Below, piece by piece: positions 34,719 to 47,562 of a stretch of DNA of 64,000 nt; position 1 is the stretch's first letter; each line of letters opens with the position of its first letter. A model generated the notes under the pieces. That model saw only the letters and a list, made by a program, of their open reading frames with translations. It did no database searches and was not told the DNA's origin. A program made the position numbers and the translations under genes. The DNA comes from Mytilus trossulus (lineage: Eukaryota): NCBI RefSeq assembly GCF_036588685.1, contig NC_086380.1, positions 26,226,001 through 26,290,000 of the forward strand, read 5' to 3'.

Positions 34719-35045
34719 TATGCATGGACAAGACTTTCCACTTCTGTGATTTAAGAATATAAGTCAGTAATTGTATATCAGCAGTTGTATTGGAGTGATA
34801 TCATGCATCATAGAATATCGTGATTATATATATTGAATAAGGTTCAAATCCCGAATGTGTTTTTTAGAGTCAAAAACATTATGGGCTTATAGCTACGAAT
34901 TTCAATAAAAAAGAAAAACATGCAGTTAGAACAAAAGTTCTAAACTGCCATCACCTATAAATTACTAACTCTAAATAAAATGAATCTACAAAGAATTTAG
35001 TCCTATCTCTTGCGTCAAACTTTAAATAGAAAAAAATATACCAAT

Positions 35046-35272
35046 TACATGTGGTTATTTTTATAATTTTCCTGTTTACAAAATTTTCAACTTTTGGAAA
35101 AACTAAGGATTTGCTTATCCCAGGCATAGATTACCTTAGCCGTATTTGGCCCAACTTTTTGGAATTTTGAATCCTCAATGCTCTTCAAAATTTGTTTGGC
35201 TTTAATAATATTTTGATATGAGCGTCACTGATGAGTCTTATGTAGACGAAACGCGCGTCTTGCGTACTAATT
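35046..35272 (+). mobile_element. Short hammerhead-bearing repeat (retrozyme or PLE pseudo-LTR-like)
   Basis: Highly similar to 39090-39360; partial copies at ~27400-27545, ~49688-49765, ~54960-55120. Confidence 0.8.
35222..35265 (+). ncRNA. Type I minimal hammerhead ribozyme (intact core)
   Basis: GCGTCA-CTGATGA-GTCT(tatgt)AGAC-GAA-AC(gcgc)GT-C^TTGCGT; one stem I mismatch. Confidence 0.75.
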
Positions 35273-38200
35273 TATATGTCGAAGAAACTATTGAAACACT
35301 TAAAAGTCTTATTCAAGTGATAAAATTAGTTAATGTGAAAGATTTTAGCTGATTTACTTTTTAAAAATGCTCCGAATCAAGCTTAAATATAAAAAATCTA
35401 ACAAATATACCATAAAATGTAACTTTTCAGATGGTTTTTGTCAAAAATGAACGTGGACGCATCCGTGTTCATCCTCAACCTTTATATATGTTATGATCTG
35501 TAATGAAATACAAATTAAATTTCAATATAAAGAATGAACACAAATGCGGCCATTTTCATTTAAGACGGAAACCGTCTAAAATATAATTAAAATGCTAACT
35601 TGTGAAGATTGCAGTAATTTAACATGACTTAATTGATGCTAGTACCCGATATATGTGCATTATTTTGTAAAAAATCAGCCAATATTTATGCAAAAATCTT
35701 TTAAAATGCCTCAATTAAAGTTTAAAGCTTACACACTCAAATGTCTAGTTTGACCAACATTACAATACTGTTGAACCAATTAGGATCCACATACGAAAAT
35801 GAGTCCGAGTCATCTGCAACCACTTCCACAGCACCAATGTAATGAGTTACTGATACGATAATAGATTCAAATTGGTACCAACTTAAAATAAGACGATTAA
35901 GATTCACACTTGTGTTTTAGTATTCATGTACACAATTATGCATCTAATTATCTCATCCAACCTGCTTATTCAATTAGAAATAATAACAAGACATAGAAAT
36001 CCACAATCATTTAGACAACAACAGACACTAATTTTGTCTGCCCGCAGCTGAACATTCGAATTAATTGCCACAACAAATTGATCCAATCAGTACAGTAGAA
36101 AGTTGAATACCAAACTCAGCTATTATCCTCTTCTCTTTTCTGGTTATGATTTAGTTTTATCTACATGTAATTCTCATTAACGAGTTATGCGCCACAGGGC
36201 CAATAAATTGACCTAAGCAATATCTGAAATATGCCAGAGGGCCAATATTATGGACCTTAATTGGTAAAAATATTTATCACATTTTTACAACAATTACGGC
36301 TTTATGTTTTTATGAAAATAAGCTGTTTGATAACTACGACAGTTAAATTCAAATAATTCAACGGTTTGATTATGTATACTGTAAACAATATTTTGACGTT
36401 GAAGTTTATATCGTCACTTTCACAACAACAACAGGTACCCGCGCAGGAGCAACCCAAACGTTAGAATACTAAAGTCATATATATGAAAATTCAAATTTAC
36501 AGAAAAATTTATTATTACTTATAGACTTGCGTACACAGATTTTACTGTAAACAATGTAAGAAAATCCTTTGTACGTGTTCTGTTATCAAATTATTATCTA
36601 TATGTTATAAAATCACGAAAACAAAAGTAAGGATTGTAGGGTCAAAATTTTTAAAAAAAATCCGAGAGTAACGAACTGTGGTGATCATTGCAAGTACTAG
36701 GGGAAATTCGTGACGAACGAATGTAAACAAACGTACACTGCAATCAAAATAATAATAAAGATTTTTTAAATAAAGACTAATCATTCAACAATCTGTTAAA
36801 AGGAAAAGCGTTTGATTAAACAAAAGGAAACTCATGGAAAATATATTAAAAAAAAATATGTTATTCTTTTATTTTTCATATGCTAGCTACGCGTGCTATG
36901 TTTGATTGTTTATCAATGCCAAAATCCGGTAAACTCCGACAAAACACTCGATTAATAACCTTGAAATCATCAACCATTTACTGAAATATTAATTGTCGAT
37001 AATACGTTATAGATTCGTAATAAATTTTAGCAACGTGCATACATGCATAATTTCCGGAAAAAAAATGTATGCATACATTAGTTCAATATTTTTTATAACC
37101 CTATAGTGCAATAAACTCGTTCCCTGCAAAATACAATTTCATGACTAAACATACACTGTTGCGATCTATAGAACAAATGGTGTTTATTTTAACCATTTAC
37201 ATGTTTATTGATAAAAAATATCTCACCGGCATTTACAAGTTCTTCTATTAAGCTTTTCTTTGCATTTGCAAAATTGCCATTTTTCCAAAGAAGAATTGTG
37301 AGAAAAACTACGGGAAATTGCACGAATATGAAAGTCGTCCAAGAATATATAACGGGAGCGTTGAGAAATGCGGCAAATATGGCAAATATGGCATCTCCTT
37401 GGTTCCGTTTTTTTCTGCCGGAAGAAATCGTTGAAGACCCCGAATTTATTGGTGAAAGTGGTGTAAAGAATATGCCAGACAGAGGAGCTCCTGCAATAAC
37501 AAACAAATAAGAAATCTCGCTATTCTGGCATTTCTATCTTCATAAAACCGAAACAATATTATTGATAGAGTATATATCTGTTTTGTCATACTTTCTCATG
37601 GAGATAATTTAGTTGGTTCATATCTTTGCTTTTCCTACAAAATGTGTATGTATCAGTATAATTTAACAAACACATTTTTCGTCTGCATGCGAATTTCCTA
37701 AAATCTTATCTTATGATTATTTTTAACCTCCCCCAAATCCATCCTCATTTAAAAAAAAAGAAATATTAGCACAATTTCCCGATGTTTAAAATAACTACAA
37801 AAGAAGTGAAAAGTCTAGTAGAATTATCAAAGTAAATAGATCTACAACCAAAGGCATTATTAAAAATTGTTTCAGTATGATAAGTTGGAGTATTTTTTTT
37901 TCTTTTGGATGCGCGTGTCATGAATATAAACTGTATAATAATGATTGTGTGTAACTACTTTTTCCCGTTTTGTGAACGCAATTTAGGAACGTCGATGTCC
38001 AATTCCTTGTTTGCCGCCGAAAATAATGTACTTCTATAAAGACCTACAAACCTTTTAATGTAATATTTGTTTTGAATTAACGAAAATCATTTACTTCCAT
38101 GAACGTATTCATGTTTCATTTCATTAATTAGATAAGTGAGAAACCCCCTTTTATTTTAAAGACATTAAATATGTAGTTAATATTTATAGGTTTATAATTA

Positions 38201-39089
38201 CCCACGGTCCGAGCCCCAAGTAGAACAAAAACGCCTCAGAAGAATCTTCATAGAACCTCAAAAATATTTACGAAAATATTGCTTATTTCATAAACATAAA
38301 ATTAACGGACCGCACCGGACCGGAATATTAGCAGACATTTGAATATATGATGCAGCTAGAAAAAAAAATGATTAATTTCTTATTCTATATTGACTTATTT
38401 ACAGCTCGATAAATACAGTGCGGTATTACAAAACGAACATTCAAATAATAAGCATGCAGATAGAATTTTTTGATTTTTGTTTTTAATAAATTTACAGTTA
38501 AACTATTTTACATCATTTAGCGTACATATTTTCTGATGTGGTGACATTTATATTTCAGATATTCCCGATCATTTATCAAAACAACACGCAAAGGATCAAC
38601 AGATGTAGACATTCATGTGTCCACCAATGGATTAAGATTGGGCCGCTCACAATTATTGAATTCAAAGGGTTTCTTGTCACTATTTACAATATTGGACTGA
38701 ATAAGAGACCGACACTACAGTGCTACTGGAAAAAAGGGAAACAAAAATACAAGTGGTTAAGAAAGATGTTTCCAAGAAATAGGTTTCAATTAATTTTAAA
38801 ATTTGTACATGTTGTTGGTAATCGTAAAGTGTCAGGCAGAAATGATACAAAATACTACCCATCGGCCAAGATTAACCCGATTCTTGAATCATTGAACATG
38901 CGATCCAAATTTCTGTATACACCTAAAAGAAACCTAAAAGTCTACTGAACGTTAGTTGTTTATTTGATAAAGAATACCATGTGTTTTTTTCTAGTCTATC
39001 ACTAGCATCAGAACTGCTTTTAAATATGACATTTATGACTGGAAGTAACCGACCAATGCCACAAAGAATTAAAAAAAGCAGAATTACAT

Positions 39090-39360
39090 GAATATCAATT
39101 ACATGGTCATTTTTATAAATTTTCTGTTTTCAATAACTTTGAATTTTTCGAAAAACTAAGGATTTTCTTACCCCAGGAGTAGATTACCTTAGCCGTATTT
39201 GGCACAATTTTTTTGGAATTTTGAATCCTCAATGCTCTTCAACTTCGTCTTTATTTGGCTTTTTAACAATTTTGATCTGAGCGTCACTGATGAGTCTTAT
39301 GTAGACGAAACGCGCGTCTGGCGTATTAAATTATAATCCTGGTACTTTTGATAACTATTT
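39090..39360 (+). mobile_element. Hammerhead-bearing short repeat inserted in piggyBac
   Basis: Splits the transposase segment KKAEL|RPDEYVF and ends in ttataatcctggtacttttgataactatt. Confidence 0.8.
39281..39324 (+). ncRNA. Type I minimal hammerhead ribozyme (intact)
   Basis: GCGTCA-CTGATGA-GTCT(tatgt)AGAC-GAA-AC(gcgc)GT-C^TGGCGT; all three stems pair; predicted cleavage after 39318. Confidence 0.85.
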
Positions 39361-39826
39361 ACGTCCGGATGAATATGTATTTATGAGAAGACAAGAAACA
39401 TTAGTATGTGAATACAGACAAACCAAACGGAAACCATCTCGCCTTATGTCTACATTTTGCACAGCACGAGTTTCAACTCAACAGCAAACATATGGGAGGA
39501 GTCGATCGAAATGACATGTTCACAACATTCTACAGCGATGAAAGGAAAACCATCAAAATGTGGAAAAAAAATATGTTTAATCTTTTTCAAAGATTCATGA
39601 TGAACGCGTACATTCTTTACCTAAAAAACTCAAACAACCCTCATCCACTTTCACGCCTCCAGTTTATTAACGAGGTAGTTGGAAGTTTGTCAATGGAACA
39701 CATGAGAGATAGATTTCCGGGTCAGTTAGAAAATTAAAAAAAAGAACCTCGAGGATAAGCCAACGGCAAAGTGACAGATTGTGTTGTATGTTCATATCGA
39801 AGTAAGGAAGCGATCAAGATTACAAT

Positions 39827-41505
39827 CACTACAAACCATTAAAGTCTGAAATGGCCTATATTTGTACTCAACTGTACTGATTTTTACTCAACCAGTCTGA
39901 ATTGGTCTGACTTTTACTTGACATTACTCGACCCCAGTCTGAACCATACTTGACTGTACTGAATCGTACCTGACCCTTATCTTTGCCGTTGAAAATAGTC
40001 TGATATATTCCTCGACCAGTCTGAAACAGTCTTATCCCATTCTCGACATGAACTGGACCTATTTTTCCAGTCTAAACCATACTTAACCAAAGGTCTGAAC
40101 TGTACTCGACCAGTCTGAACCATAATAGACCAAAACACTCTACTTTTTTTAACTGTTAAAAATAAAAAAATAAATAAATTTCTTTTTAACTGACATATGC
40201 ATGTATAACAACAGTCAACAAAATTTATAAAAAAAATAACCTTATATTTGAAATATATCTATGATTGTATTAAGGATGAGAAAAAAAATATATTATATAT
40301 AACTTATATCAAAAAGGGATAAAATTAAATAAATAAATAAATTTGTTTTTCTGATTTGTGGTGAAATATAAAGAATAACCTCTGCTTGGGGCAAACTCAT
40401 AAATAAGATCACACCTGGTTAGAGGTATTAAATTTTAAATAACATTGATTCAAAATTGCAACATCCTGTTTAAGTTAAATAACAAGGCCTTTCGAATATA
40501 CATGTATGTACTAGATAAGTAATACACGAATTTAAGAAAATAGGGCTTTCTTTTTACCTGTAAAACACACATGTACTGAGGTAGTTAGAACATATTAAAG
40601 TGCTTTATGTATGCCATGTTAATTTGACAAAAAAATTACATAAATTAATTGAAATAAAATTTTACTGTTACTTTGGAATAAATTTCCTTTTTTTAAAAAG
40701 GTTATCAAGGATTGCTATGGAAATTCTATTATCATGATTACATTAAATTCTTGGTTTAATAAATAAAACAATTAAGCTCTCATTTCTTTTTAAATTTATT
40801 AAGTTATTTTGTATACTATTTTATATGTATATTAATAAAAAAACATTCATTAATTAAACTCAACTAAATCTATACTAGGCCTTTAGTTAATGGTGAAAAT
40901 AGTCCAGTTACCATAAAATACTTCCGAAATATTCATAAAATTTTGAATAAATATTGAAAATATTAGTCATTTGTTAGTCACAATTCATATTTTTAGATTA
41001 TTTGATCAGCTTGTTTTATTTATATTTTAAAAATTGATACTATTACGTAAGTGTTGATTAATATTGTGTTGAAGTTATATTATGATTGATTATTGTGATA
41101 TTTCAATTTCAATACTGTATTGAATACATTTTTAATAGTTCTTTAATTTCATATTTATTTTAAAACAATCCTAAATTGATAAAATTCAGTTGATAGATAC
41201 AAAGAATAGATCTAGGATGGTTAAGATTTGGTCGAGTATGGTTCAGACTAGGTCGAGTATGGTTCAGACTAGGTCAAGTACTGTTCAGACTAGGTCGAGT
41301 ACGGTTCAGAATAGGTCGAGTACGGTTCAGACTAGTATAAAATGGTTAAGTACTGGTCAAGTACACATTCAGACTGTTGAGGTATGGTTTAGACTACAGT
41401 CGAGTATAACTAAGTAAATCTCAGACTAATTCAGACTGGTCGAGTAAAAATCAATACAGTCGAGTACAGATATAGACCATTTCAGACTTTTAATGGTTTG
41501 TAGTG
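39827..41505. mobile_element. Non-autonomous CACTA (EnSpm/CMC) element with 3-bp TSD
   Basis: Ends CACTACAAACCATT / AATGGTTTGTAGTG, ~75-bp imperfect TIR, TSD AAT, 21-nt subterminal repeats (ggtcgagtatggttcagacta). Removing it restores the piggyBac RLQCGRC. Confidence 0.92.
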
Positions 41506-42123
41506 AATGTGGTAGATGTCTCCGCGGAGTGCATAGTTTTTGCCTTAACCGCCATTTAGTTCTGTGCGACGAACAGTAACATTTTGGCATTTACAAATAA
41601 TAAAGATTGTCACATGTTATAAATTTTAATTATTTTTTTTAAAATAAGGATATCTAAAATAAACAAGTATTATCAGTTGTTAAGAGACTGACAAAAAAGA
41701 AAAACAAGGTAGTTAACTTAAATAACATGTTGTCCAACAGTAAGATCTCTCGCGGAGGGGATCCTCTGGCTTTCCTAAAACAAAACTGACGTCACAAAAT
41801 AGTTCAGGGAACGTTTTTCAATTTTACGGTGAATTCATAACATTATGTTAATATTGATACATCTATGACCCCCCCCCCCCCCCCCATTACACACACAACT
41901 ATAGTGAACCAGTTTACCAGCTGTTGCATGATGTTATTATATATAACACATATGAAACTGCAGGACACCATCAAGACAAATTACAAAACAAGCAAATTAT
42001 GTTCACGGCAATTAGAAAATCCTTCACGTATGTCGAACATTGGGTTGGGTTCTTCAACTTATATATGTGTTGTCATCAACTACCTAGACTGAAAAATAAC
42101 ATTAAGTCAGGGGTAATCCGTGA

Positions 42124-42277
42124 TATATGTGTAATTCAGGTCTCAGACAGGGTACATATATATAATGTGACATTTTCGGCTGAGGGCTTATTTTCCCTTC
42201 GCTTCGGCTCAGGGAATATAAACTCTAAGCCGGGTATGTCACATTGTATACTCTGTCTGAGACCTGAATAACATATA
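42124..42277. repeat. Long palindromic element
   Basis: attcaggtctcagacag..aatgtgacat ... atgtcacatt..ctgtctgagacctgaat, centre ttcgcttcggctc. Confidence 0.8.
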
Positions 42278-45200
42278 ATATTCAGGAAACTGCCATGGTA
42301 TACACGACGTATTTATTCCCTATTGGAACCTCAAAAACATCACTATAAAAACGGGTTACTATATATGTGACGTAGTCAAAAGCTATGCAGAATAGTCAGG
42401 AATGTCAGAGGCTCACCGACGGAAAATAATGACGTGCTTCAGTCAATACTAGTAATACATTTTTAATACACAATCACGCAATTTGCGTTTTTAATACTTT
42501 TAAAATTCAATGTTATAAGTGTTATAATAAATTATTTTATACACAAAAAAATTATGCTCACAGCAAATAAGAAAATCTTTCACGTATGCCGAAGATATCA
42601 GGTCAAGTTGGGTTTTTTAATATATGTATTGTAAAAAACATATCCACACACACATATACAAACACAAAATATGTTATCTTAAAACTATTTTTAACGGAAA
42701 AACAGTCAACCTTGATACAAAAATAAATGGAAATATTTCATAACTTATGCAAATATCCTCTTTTCAGGAAATTAGTTTATTTTGTGCTGATCAGTACTCA
42801 TCAGATAAAAACTAGTTAAAACTAAAACACAGACCGGACGTAGAATAATAATACACCCCTACAACAAAAAAGATCAGATCTGTGCTTGGCGAATTCGACA
42901 TCAAATCCAATAAAAAATGTTAAAAAACACGTATCTTTGACTAAATGAAGCTCAACTTAAGTTAATACAGAAATAAGTATTTGGTTTTATGTTCTAAAAT
43001 TGATACTTTAAAAATATTTTTATCAAATATGTAAGAAAGAGAACATGTGATTTGTAACAAAATAATCTTTTATTAGCACTAAAAAAAAGACGATATCTAA
43101 ATGCCTCTTATTACACTTTATGTACAGGTATGTTTATTGTGAGGATCTTATCTAGAATACGTTTAAACCTTTATCATGTTAAAACAAGTGAGTCAATCAT
43201 ACGCTCTAAAATATCTATTTTAGATTTGTTTTGTTTGAAAGATATCACTTGAGGTTAGCGTAATTTAAGGTATTTACAAGTTTGGTTTTCCACACCAATT
43301 TCTTTTTAAACAAGGTCTCGAAACGGAGGTCTATCATTTCTGTATTCTTTAACCGATAAGGTTATTTAGCTTTTATTCTTTGTTTACACTTGTAGCATCC
43401 TATTATTAAGTACTGGGGTGTGGTTTTTGTTCTCCTTCGTTCAATTTTCGTTTTTTAAGGGTTCCATGTTGGGGAAGATTTGACTCATTTTTCTCTTTTT
43501 AAACAAACTCATTTTAACCTCCATGCAACGTATATTTCGATTGAAATATTTAGGGAAAATGGTTTTTCGATGGTGTTTTGTTATTTACCATAACAGTACT
43601 GAAATCATAAAAAAAAGTTGTCACGTCCCTTATATTTTTTCTTTTTCTTCAAATAATGAAGTCATATACCATGCGTGCAGCTGATTTATATACGACACAT
43701 ACATTGCAATAACGAAAGTGCAACAATAGTTTGATACATATTATTGACAAAAAAATATAAACCTTACTATGATTTGTTGTTAACAAAAGATTTCCTCGAC
43801 TCCCTTATTCCTTTCTTCTTCAAGAAATATTCTATTTTGAAGAATTACAATCTTCGTTGTTTATTGTATGTGAACTTCTATGTCGGTCAAATGACTACAC
43901 AGGTTATTTCCCGTTATCGTGTGTAGTATGATTTCATTTTATCTTTCAGGGACAGTTTACATATAACTATTACTATAATCTACCTTTTATTTGGTACGTG
44001 ACATTAGTTGGCAAAAATGTTTATTACATACTGATAAAATTAAAGCTATGTTTACTGTTCAATTTTTTAAATTGATTGATTCTCCTCGGAGTGACCGAAT
44101 ATAAATGATATCAATTATAACACGTTGGAATTCAAATAAAAGTGATACATTGGAATGTAGTTTGTTGATTTCAAAATTATTGCAACTTAATATTTTTGTT
44201 TGGTATTTTTTGATTTGATAAGGAACCAAAAGTAGACACATTTCTCTTAATTCAAGAATCATTTCCGTCCTTGAAATTTATCAATTGGTAGCAATATATT
44301 TGTGCATACATGTACATGATGTATGTATATTCAAATATCTTTTTGAATAGCATTAAATGTACCAACTGTTATGATCAAATTTGCACTCCGACAATGGATG
44401 TACCATCTGTGATGTGTTAGGCCACAAATATTTCAAAATCCAAAGCTTCTTTTTAAATGTTTTACAAATAAACAGCATATAAACCGAGAATTAATTAAAA
44501 TCACAGTCGTTCAAGCCACCACGAGATATTAACATGGATATTATATTGCTTGTTTATTCTGTATTGTGGCTTTTACTGATATAAGTGGAGTCCTTTTATT
44601 TAAATGACTTATTTCATAGAAAGACGAACACATGTTCACTTCCAACCAAAAATGTGTCATAACACTCTATCAGCCTAAAAATCTAGAAAATGTGAGCATC
44701 TAAATGTGTTTGTGTTGTGTGAATATATGAGTACCATTCTATGTCCTATTTATGTTTTTGTTAGATGTATTTTTATTTCCATTCATCTGATCAGTTGAAA
44801 TATTTAAACTAACGTTGTATAGAGTTTGATCTTATGTTGGTTCTTTTTCTGTTACACCACTGCCCCTATATAACTAGGTAAGGGAAAAATTGAGCGCTCA
44901 AACACATGTTTGATCCCGCCTTATTCTACCCGAAGTCAAAATTCTGTAATCCAGTGGTTGTCGTTGGATCATGTCCGTAATTTTGTCTTTCGTAAACGTT
45001 TATTAGTAAGGTCGATAATTTTCTCAAGTGAAATGTTACATTTGAGAATATAGCCAAAATATAGGTGATCATACGGTATTTTGTTTTATTATTATTAATA
45101 GCCATACGGTTGCTTATAGGTGCCTACATTGACTTCATGTGAATTTTCGTGGTTGGTTGTTACTATATGACATCTCCGAATTCATGGTATTTGCATATCT

Positions 45201-46379
45201 ATAGTTGTTGGTTTTTTTCTTTTTTATAAATATGCATTTTCTGCAGGAGTCGAATGTTGGTTATTTCAGTAATGCATGAAGTGTGTTGTGCTGTCAATTA
45301 TTTTTTGTTTTATTCCTACCGTCCTTTTTCATAATTACACATTCCATATTGTGCTGGTGTCTTATTTATTGCATTGTCCACTGTCTGTGTCTTGATCCAA
45401 GATCCTTCTTATGTCATCGAAATTTATATTGTTGCCAATTTGAACCTGTTGTTTGAAGGGGTGAAATGGTATGCAACTCCATAGTTTAGCCTGTTTTATA
45501 GACACCTATAACACCTGCTGTTGTTTTTTCTATGGTCGAGTTGTTGTCTCTTTGACACATTCGCCATTTCCATTCTCAATTCTACCTTGACAAATGTATT
45601 CATATCTGCAGATAGGTATATTTAGTTTTTTATTAGTACTTTATGTATTTGCCATGTGTTCTATGTATAACCATTTCCTTCTTAAGATGTGGTTTACTCT
45701 ACATGTTTATGTTCTTTGTTTTATAAGGATATTTAAACATAAGAATTACGATCAGGCATTTTTTCTAAAATATAGTAATACAATTAATAATAACGGAGTG
45801 GTTTATACAATAGGACGAGCACGGAGCTTTGAACTATCAAGTAAAACAAAACTACACGATTTTGTAAGCAAGTACAGTTACAAATGCCTATCAGAAAACT
45901 ATTTGGAATGAAATCTTTACTTGTAAATTGACTGAAATGTTGCCATGTATGTAGTTTTTATAATGCGTTTTAAACCAAGATATTTATATTTCTTACAAAC
46001 ACGACAAAAGCAATTCTAGTTCACACATTTGTCTGATTTTGTTACACCTCAAATAACGTTTCCTTAAATAAATGATTTTATTTTACTTTTTTCAAAGTCC
46101 TCAAATATATACTCAGATACGTTTGTTCGGCTGGTCTATATAATCGTCGTAATATGTTGAAATGATATCGACGTTGCTTTTTAGCATATTAGTTTTACTT
46201 AAGGAACGTTGTCGAATTAGAGGTTTGAAATCGTCAAGAGAAAAATGTGTTAGGGTTCCGCGGAACCCAGTTGTTCGCCTACTTTTGCTGTTAATCACAC
46301 TCAACAAAAATGATAAAAAAATTTCAATAAAAATATTCCTCTCGATGCTATCGTTTGATTGTAAGAAGCCTCTGTCCAA

Positions 46380-46740
46380 GTTTGGTACAAATCCGGGCTA
46401 GTTTAATAATCTTAAAAATGTTTTAAAAACTTTAACTGCAGACTGTATGTAATGTTAACTGGAAGAAAGTCCATCAGCAATGATATATTTTAAAAGTAAA
46501 ATAGGGACAAAATTGAATTTTATTTTCACAAAATTTACACCTGGATACTATCTTATGAACATCAACTTCTGTACAAGTTTGATAGAAATCCAGGATAGTT
46601 CAAGAAAGTAATTAAAAATTCAAAAACTTTAACCATAGAGTGAATATTTGTGGACGCCGACAACGAATCCGACGCCGAAGAAATGTAGGATCGATATGTC
46701 TCGTTTTTTTTTTTACTAAAGTCGAAGGCTCGACAAAAAT
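46380..46740 (-). mobile_element. Helentron-associated (HINE/DINE-like) element fragment
   Basis: Reverse complement begins tttttgtcgagccttcgacttt..gagacat..gatcctaca and has (gtcggc)n-like repeats. Confidence 0.5.
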
Positions 46741-47562
46741 GTATAATCTTATTGTGAATAAAAAAACTAAGAAAAATGAAGAATTGAAAAGACATTACTG
46801 GGAATTATGACAAACAACAGACATGTAAACTGCCACAAAAATACGCAATGCTGAAAAAAAGACTCACAAATGTTTAACTACCAATATATGATAACGAAAA
46901 CAGATAGCAATGCGTCAAAAGGAGTATATATAAGTATATGCAAAAAGTGGGGAATATAAATTCGATATCTACAATTTACATTAAAAACAATCTGTGTTAT
47001 TTGAAAAAAATTGTTTGCATTCCTTTCTGAGATCTACTGGCAAAAGAAAAAATGTTTCGATTATGGCTAGAAAAGACGACAACTCTTGTAAATGAATATT
47101 AACGACAATTTTAAGTTTCATCTGTAAAACCTTTACATTTTTCGACAAACCAAAATCTGGTTACCTAATTCACGACAGTTAATTGACCTCGTCAACTTAA
47201 CGCTCGAAAGCTTAAAACGGTCTTTTTAATCGTCCAAATCATCATATTATAAGGAAAGTCGTGGTATGCCCACTTGTACCAACATCGGGTGTAACGTCCT
47301 TGCAGTATGACGTAACGTAGATATCAGACATACAAATGACGCCACTGACAAATCAGTTTGATTTATATTTGCAACGTAAAAAACACATATTATATTGCCT
47401 TTCAATCCCTGCAATGAAAAACAAATTAAATGCCCTTTATAACAGTTGATGTCACATACAGGTATGATACCGTTAACTGTTTAGGAAACAGCGTTATTGC
47501 AAATTAGATCAGGTTATGTTTCAGCTGTCTGGATGTTTAATAAAACTTGGATTTGGATTGTG

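Larger units (their letters stand above)
37390..41580 (+). mobile_element. Decayed piggyBac transposase with nested insertions
   Basis: EFKGFL..IGLNKRPTLQCYW..MFPRNRFQLILKFVH..KINPIL; MGGVDRND..KMWKK..NAYILY; C-terminal CVVC..CGRC..H..C. Termini not identified. Confidence 0.85.

Noticed and set aside
36177-36270. Possible piggyBac left end after TTAA
   Set aside because: No matching right TIR found by eye.
41190-41417. Repetitive SSTVQTR ORF or CRISPR-like array
   Set aside because: Spacer-less 21-nt subterminal repeats of the CACTA element; eukaryotic context, no cas genes.
42300-46100. Short ORFs between the piggyBac and the EGF-type receptor
   Set aside because: No motifs; AT-rich intergenic DNA and decayed repeats.
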